DNA from: Mobula hypostoma
Lineage: Eukaryota
Assembly (NCBI RefSeq): GCF_963921235.1
Contig: NC_086109.1
Span: forward strand, 36,458,001 to 36,522,000
Direction: 5' to 3'
DNA: 64,000 bases
Under the pieces are notes generated by a model, which saw only the letters and a program-made list of their open reading frames with translations, was not told where the DNA came from and searched no databases. A program made the position numbers and the translations under genes. Within the stretch, counting starts at the first letter, position 1. Every line of letters starts with the position of its first letter. Shown one piece after another: positions 59,105 through 64,000 of the stretch.

Positions 59105-62100
59105 CTAGGGTACTGCCAACTTGTCATGCTGGAGAGGCTTGTGTGATGCTTGAGAACCTGAGAGGAATGCTGTCTGGAGCTTAGCTCCTGGCAGTGTTAC
59201 CCCTGGTGGTAAGGTCAAGGGAGTGGGGGGTGGATTTCAGATGAAGCACGGTCCAACCCAGATCTCAACCACGGAGCAGGTGGAAGATGATGGAGCTGGA
59301 TTTGCCATAAAGAACAGCATCATCAGTCACCTCTCTGAATTGTCAGCTGACATCAATTAATGCCTCATGACCATGTGCCTTAAGGTCACTAATAATCAAA
59401 TGGCTACAGCTGTGAGAGCCTACACTTCAACCCTAGACTCACCAGACAATGTTAAGGAGACCTTCTACACCAACCTAGACCACATGCTATCAGATATTCC
59501 CAAGGAAGATAAGGCCATTCTTGGAGACTTTAATGCTAGAGCTGGCTAGGACAGCGACTCCTGGAAAGGCACAATTGGGAAGGAAGGTGTTGACAATGTC
59601 AACTCCAATGGAGTGCTCTTACTTTCCAAGTGTGCTGAGCATGACCTCACCATCTTCAACACCCTGTTCTGCCAGATAACTAATGTGAAAACTTTGTGGA
59701 TGCATCCCCGTTCGAGGACTTGGCATCTTATAGATTATGTCCTTGTTTGGAGGAGGGATTGCAGAGACATGAAGAATGCAAGAGCCATGATCAGTGCCAA
59801 TGATGGCTGGACAGGCTGTCGGCTTATTCGCTCACAAATAACCATCAAAAACATGCAGAAGAGTAGAGTGCAAAAGAAGCTGAACCATCCCAGGTTCAAA
59901 ATTGAGAGCCTAAAAGACACAGCAAAGGTACAACACCTCCAGGCTGCCCTTTCTGAAAGACTACCTCGGCAGTACCTGGGGGAAGTTGAAGCACAGTGGA
60001 CTGCAATGAAGTCCACCATCCTTGATACTTGTAAAAACATCATTGGATATATGACCAGGAAAAACAAAGTTTGGTTTGATGAAAATGACACTGAAATAGA
60101 AGGGCTAATCAACAACAAAAGGACAGCTTTCTGTGCCTGGCAGAAGGACATCAACTGCGAGGCAAAAAGAGAATCACACTCCAGAGGTAAGGCCGCAGTC
60201 CAGCATAGAGTAAAGGAAAATAAAGAATCAGTGATGGACTGAGAGGGCTCTAGAAATACAGCAGCTTGCTGACTCTGTTGATATCAGCGTCTCTTTATTG
60301 CCACCAAGGCAGTGTATGGCCGTAACCATGGTGGCCTAAACTCCCTTCGCTACAAAGATGGACAAAGGCTGCTCAAGGACAATTATGCCATCAATTCTCA
60401 ATGGAAGGAACACTTTCAGAAGCTACTTGATCGTAACATCACTATTGACATTGAAGGCGCCTACCAGCTCCCACAACGATCCTTGAAGGAGGATGTGAAT
60501 AAGCGCCTAGTGTCAAAGAGGTGCAGATGGCTTGCAAGAAATTTAGGAACTGCAAGGCCACTGGGCCTGATGGAATTCCAGCAGAAATTCTCAAGGAAGT
60601 TGGTCCAGAACTTTTAAATCATAATCATGACCTGCTTGTCAAGATCTGGGACCGGGAGAAGATTCCAGCTGAACTCAGGGATGTACTGATGGTTACATTC
60701 TTCAAAAAGGGTGATAAAGCCGACTGTGAAAATTATAGAGGCATCTGTCTCCTCTCTACAACAGGAAAGATACTCACTCGAATTTTATGTGACTGACTTT
60801 CACCTCTGGCAGAAGATCTCCTGTCTGAGTCTCAGTGTCCAGCCAGAGGAACATCTGACATGATTTTTACAGCATGTCAATTGCAGGAGAAATCCTGGGA
60901 ACAAAATCTCCCACTTTATATGGTCTTTATGGAACTTACAAAAGCATTTGACTCTGTAAATCGTCCTAGCCTTTGGTACTGATGGGGGGAGGGGGGATTA
61001 CGCGTGGGAAGGAGGGGAGCTTGGGGGACTTTGGGCTTCTAACATTTAACTGTCACTCATTCTTTGTGGCACTCCTCTGTTTTCATGGAAGGCTGCAAAG
61101 AAAAAGCATTGCAGTATGTATATTGTATACATTTCTCTGAATTCTCCTTTGAAACCTTTGAAATTGGGTGCCCAAAAAATACCTCTACATCCTGCAGCTC
61201 TTACACAATGATATGAGTGCAACAGTCATCAGCAACAGCTGCCCTGAAACAGCACCTTTTTAAGTGGAGGCCCGAAATCTGTTTGCTGTTTTCATTCCAA
61301 ACACTCTTCACCTAGCAGGCCAAGACCTCCCACAAGGAGTCCAGATTCTCTACAGGACAGATGGGGGGGGGGGGTCGATAACCTTAACAGGTTCAAGGCA
61401 AAGAGCAAGGTGTCAACTACTTCCATCATGGAGCTCCAATATGCGGACAACAATGCCATTGTAGCTCACCCTGAGGAGGATCAGCAGTGCATAATGGATG
61501 CTTTTGCCAGAGCAAACAAGCTCTTGGAACTTGATCTAAACATCAAGGGAACCCAAACCCTGCATTAACCAGCTCCAGATCAAGCTCCTAAACCTACAAC
61601 CATCCAAATTGACAACATCCACCTGGAGAACACTGATGATTTCCTGTATCTTGGCAGACTTCCTTCCTCAAGAGCCAACATTGACCTTGAAATAAGTCAC
61701 AGAACAGGCAGCGCAACTGACATTTTAGCCAGGCTGAGAAAGAGGGTTATTGAAGATCAGGATATCAAGACACTAAGCTTCTGGTTTATAAAGCTGTAGT
61801 CCTCACCTCCTTGCTATATGGAGCAGAGTCAACATACAACAGGCGCATAAAATCTCTAGAAACTTACCATCAAAGATGCCTCAGAAAGATTTTGAGAGTT
61901 AGCTGGAAGAACAGATGTACTAACGCCTGCATCCTGGAGGAAGCTAACACATTAACTCCATTGTCACAATCGTGACTCAACATCAATTGCGATGGGTTGG
62001 CCACATCATCCATATGCCGGACTTCCACCTCCCTAAACCACTCCTGCTCGGCTAACTCAAGGATGCAAAGAGCACTCCTGGAGGGCAGAAAATCTGGTTC

Positions 62101-62445
62101 AAGGACAATATCAAAACCCACCTGAGGAAGTGTCACATCAAGCTGAATGGATGGGAGAAATTAGAACAGGATAGGAAAAGCTGGAGAAGGACTGTCTATG
62201 AGGGGTCTGCACAGCTCGAAGAATACCTCCACCATGCTGCTGAGACTAAGTGGCTTCAAACTAAGGAGAGACTTAGGCCCAACCAGCTACATCCACCACC
62301 ACCTCAATGACCTACTCCTGCCAACAGTGCAATAGGAATTGTGGGACACAGATTGGTCTCTTCAGTCTTCTCAAGACACACAACTAACCAGATCAACCAC
62401 CAGGAGAAGAATCTTGACTTGACTACGAGTGATCGCTGATGATTA
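59105..62445 (+). mobile_element. Degraded RTE-clade LINE (EN-RT), near full length, with a short insert at about 60978-61162
   Basis: GAGFAIKN, LGDFNAR, WMHPRSRTWHLIDYVL, WFDEND, KATGPDGIPAE, NYRGICLL, LTKAFDSV, ELQYADN, LRWVGHI; (GAT)-like tail. Confidence 0.88.
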
Positions 62446-63862
62446 TAGAAACATAGAAACATAGAAAATAGGTGCAGGAGTAGGCCATTCGGCCCTTCGA
62501 GCCTGCACCACCATTTATTATGATCATGGCTGATCATCCAACTCAGAACCCAGCCTTCCCTCCATACCCCCTGACCCCTGTAGCCACAAGGGTCATATCT
62601 AACTTCCTTTTAAACATAGCTAATGAACTGGCCTCAACAGTTTGCTGTGGCAGAGAATTCCACAGATTCACCACTCTCTGTGTGAAGAAGTTTTTCCTAA
62701 CCTCGGTCCTAAAAGGCTTCCCCTCTATCCTCAAACTGTGACCCCTCGTTCTAGACCTCCCCAACATCGGGAACAATCTTCCCGCATCTAGCCTGTCCAA
62801 TCCCTTTAGAATCTTATATGTTTCAATCAGATCCCCCCTCAATCTTCTAAATTCCAACGAGTACAAGCCCAGTTCATCCAGTCTTTCTTCATATGAAAGA
62901 CCTGCCATCCCAGGAATCAATCTGGTGAACCTTCTTTGTACTCCCTCTATGGCAAAGATGTCTTTCCTCAGATTAGGGGACCAAAACTGCACACAATACT
63001 CCAGGTGTGGTCTCACCAAGGCCTTGTACAACTGCAGTAGTACCTCCCTGCTCCTGTACTCGAATCCTCTCGCTATAAATGCCAGCATACCGTTCGCCTT
63101 TTTCACCGCCTGCTGTACCTGCATGCCCACTTTCAATGACTGGTGTATAATGACACCCAGGTCTCGTTGCACCTCCCCTTTTCCTAATCGGCCACCATTC
63201 AGATAATAATCTCTTTTCCTATTTTTGCCACCAAAGTGGATAACTTCACATTTATCCACTTTAAATTGCATCTGCCATGAGTTTGCCCACTCACCCAACC
63301 TATCCAAGTCACCCTGCATCCTCTTAGCATCCTCCTCACTGCTAACACTGCCACCCAGCTTCGTGTCATCCGCAAACTTGGAGATGCTGCATTTAATTCC
63401 CTCATCCAAGTCATTAATATATATTGTAAACAACTGGGGTCCCAGCACTGAGCCTTGCGGTACCCCACTAGTCACCGCCTGCCATTCTGAAAAGGTCCCG
63501 TTTATTCCCACTCTTTGCTTCCTGTCTGCTAACCAATTCTCCACCCACACCAATACCTTACCCCCAATACCGTGTGCTTTAAGTTTGCACACTAATCTCC
63601 TGTGTGGGACCTTGTCAAAAGCCTTTTGAAAATCCAAATATACCACATCCACTGGTTCTCCCCTATCCACTCTACTAGTTACATCCTCAAAAAATTCTAT
63701 GAGATTCGTCAGACATGATTTTCCTTTCACAAATCCATGCTGACTTTGTCCGATCATTTCACCGCTTTCCAAATGTGCTGTTATCACATCCTTGATAACT
63801 GACTCCAGCAGTTTCCCCACCACCGACGTTAGGCTAACCGGCCTATAATTCCCTGGTTTCTT
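62446..63862 (-). mobile_element. Young 5'-truncated CR1 LINE with an uninterrupted RT frame
   Basis: ORF 62543-63922 is stop-free from KPGNYRPVSLTS through LDFQKAFD, PQGSVLGP and KFADD to the C-terminus. (TTTCTATG)n tail. The first 20 or so residues of the ORF are flanking DNA. Confidence 0.95.
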
Positions 63863-64000
63863 TTTATTATTGTGCTCTTTATCATATTCTATTCGTTGTG
63901 CTGCAACAGACCAGAGTGACAATTATTTCATTTGTCTTTACACTTGAGTATTGGGAATGATATTCAGCAATCTTGAACCTTGAATTGAAAACAATCTTGA

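Noticed and set aside
59105..59280. Possible HDV-like ribozyme at the RTE 5' end
   Set aside because: Such ribozymes are reported in some RTE elements, but I could not fold a nested double pseudoknot from this degraded copy.

Overview
Eukaryotic, AT-rich, repeat-saturated vertebrate DNA. The repeat set (tRNA-headed V-type SINEs, CR1, Rex1/Babar, RTE, Penelope-like elements with minimal hammerheads) suggests a cartilaginous fish; that is an inference. I recognise no host gene. A few short exon candidates (best: 23541-23577, +) suggest the window may be intronic sequence of a large gene. About two thirds of the window is nested transposable elements, many with readable target-site duplications (TSDs). 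(1) An IR/DR Tc1 element (10321-17346) carries a young Gmr1-like LTR retrotransposon (11659-16553) that keeps a long SCAN-gag/protease ORF but has an in-frame, heavily deleted integrase and RT. (2) An old CR1 (about 31770-38790) hosts a young CR1 and a Penelope-like element with an inverted pseudo-LTR. (3) A decayed Gypsy (43302-50002) hosts a non-autonomous retroposon, a pogo/Tigger derivative with a roughly 240-bp internal palindrome, and a solo LTR. (4) There are three further solo LTRs, an RTE LINE and a young CR1. The most notable signals are multiple minimal type-I hammerhead ribozyme motifs, including a tandem trimer with a variant CUGCCGA core (26864-26976), the gag-pro-only Gmr1-like element, and a solo-LTR family that conserves a duplicated 53-nt hairpin amid different minisatellites. 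All family names come from motif recognition by eye; no database search was run.
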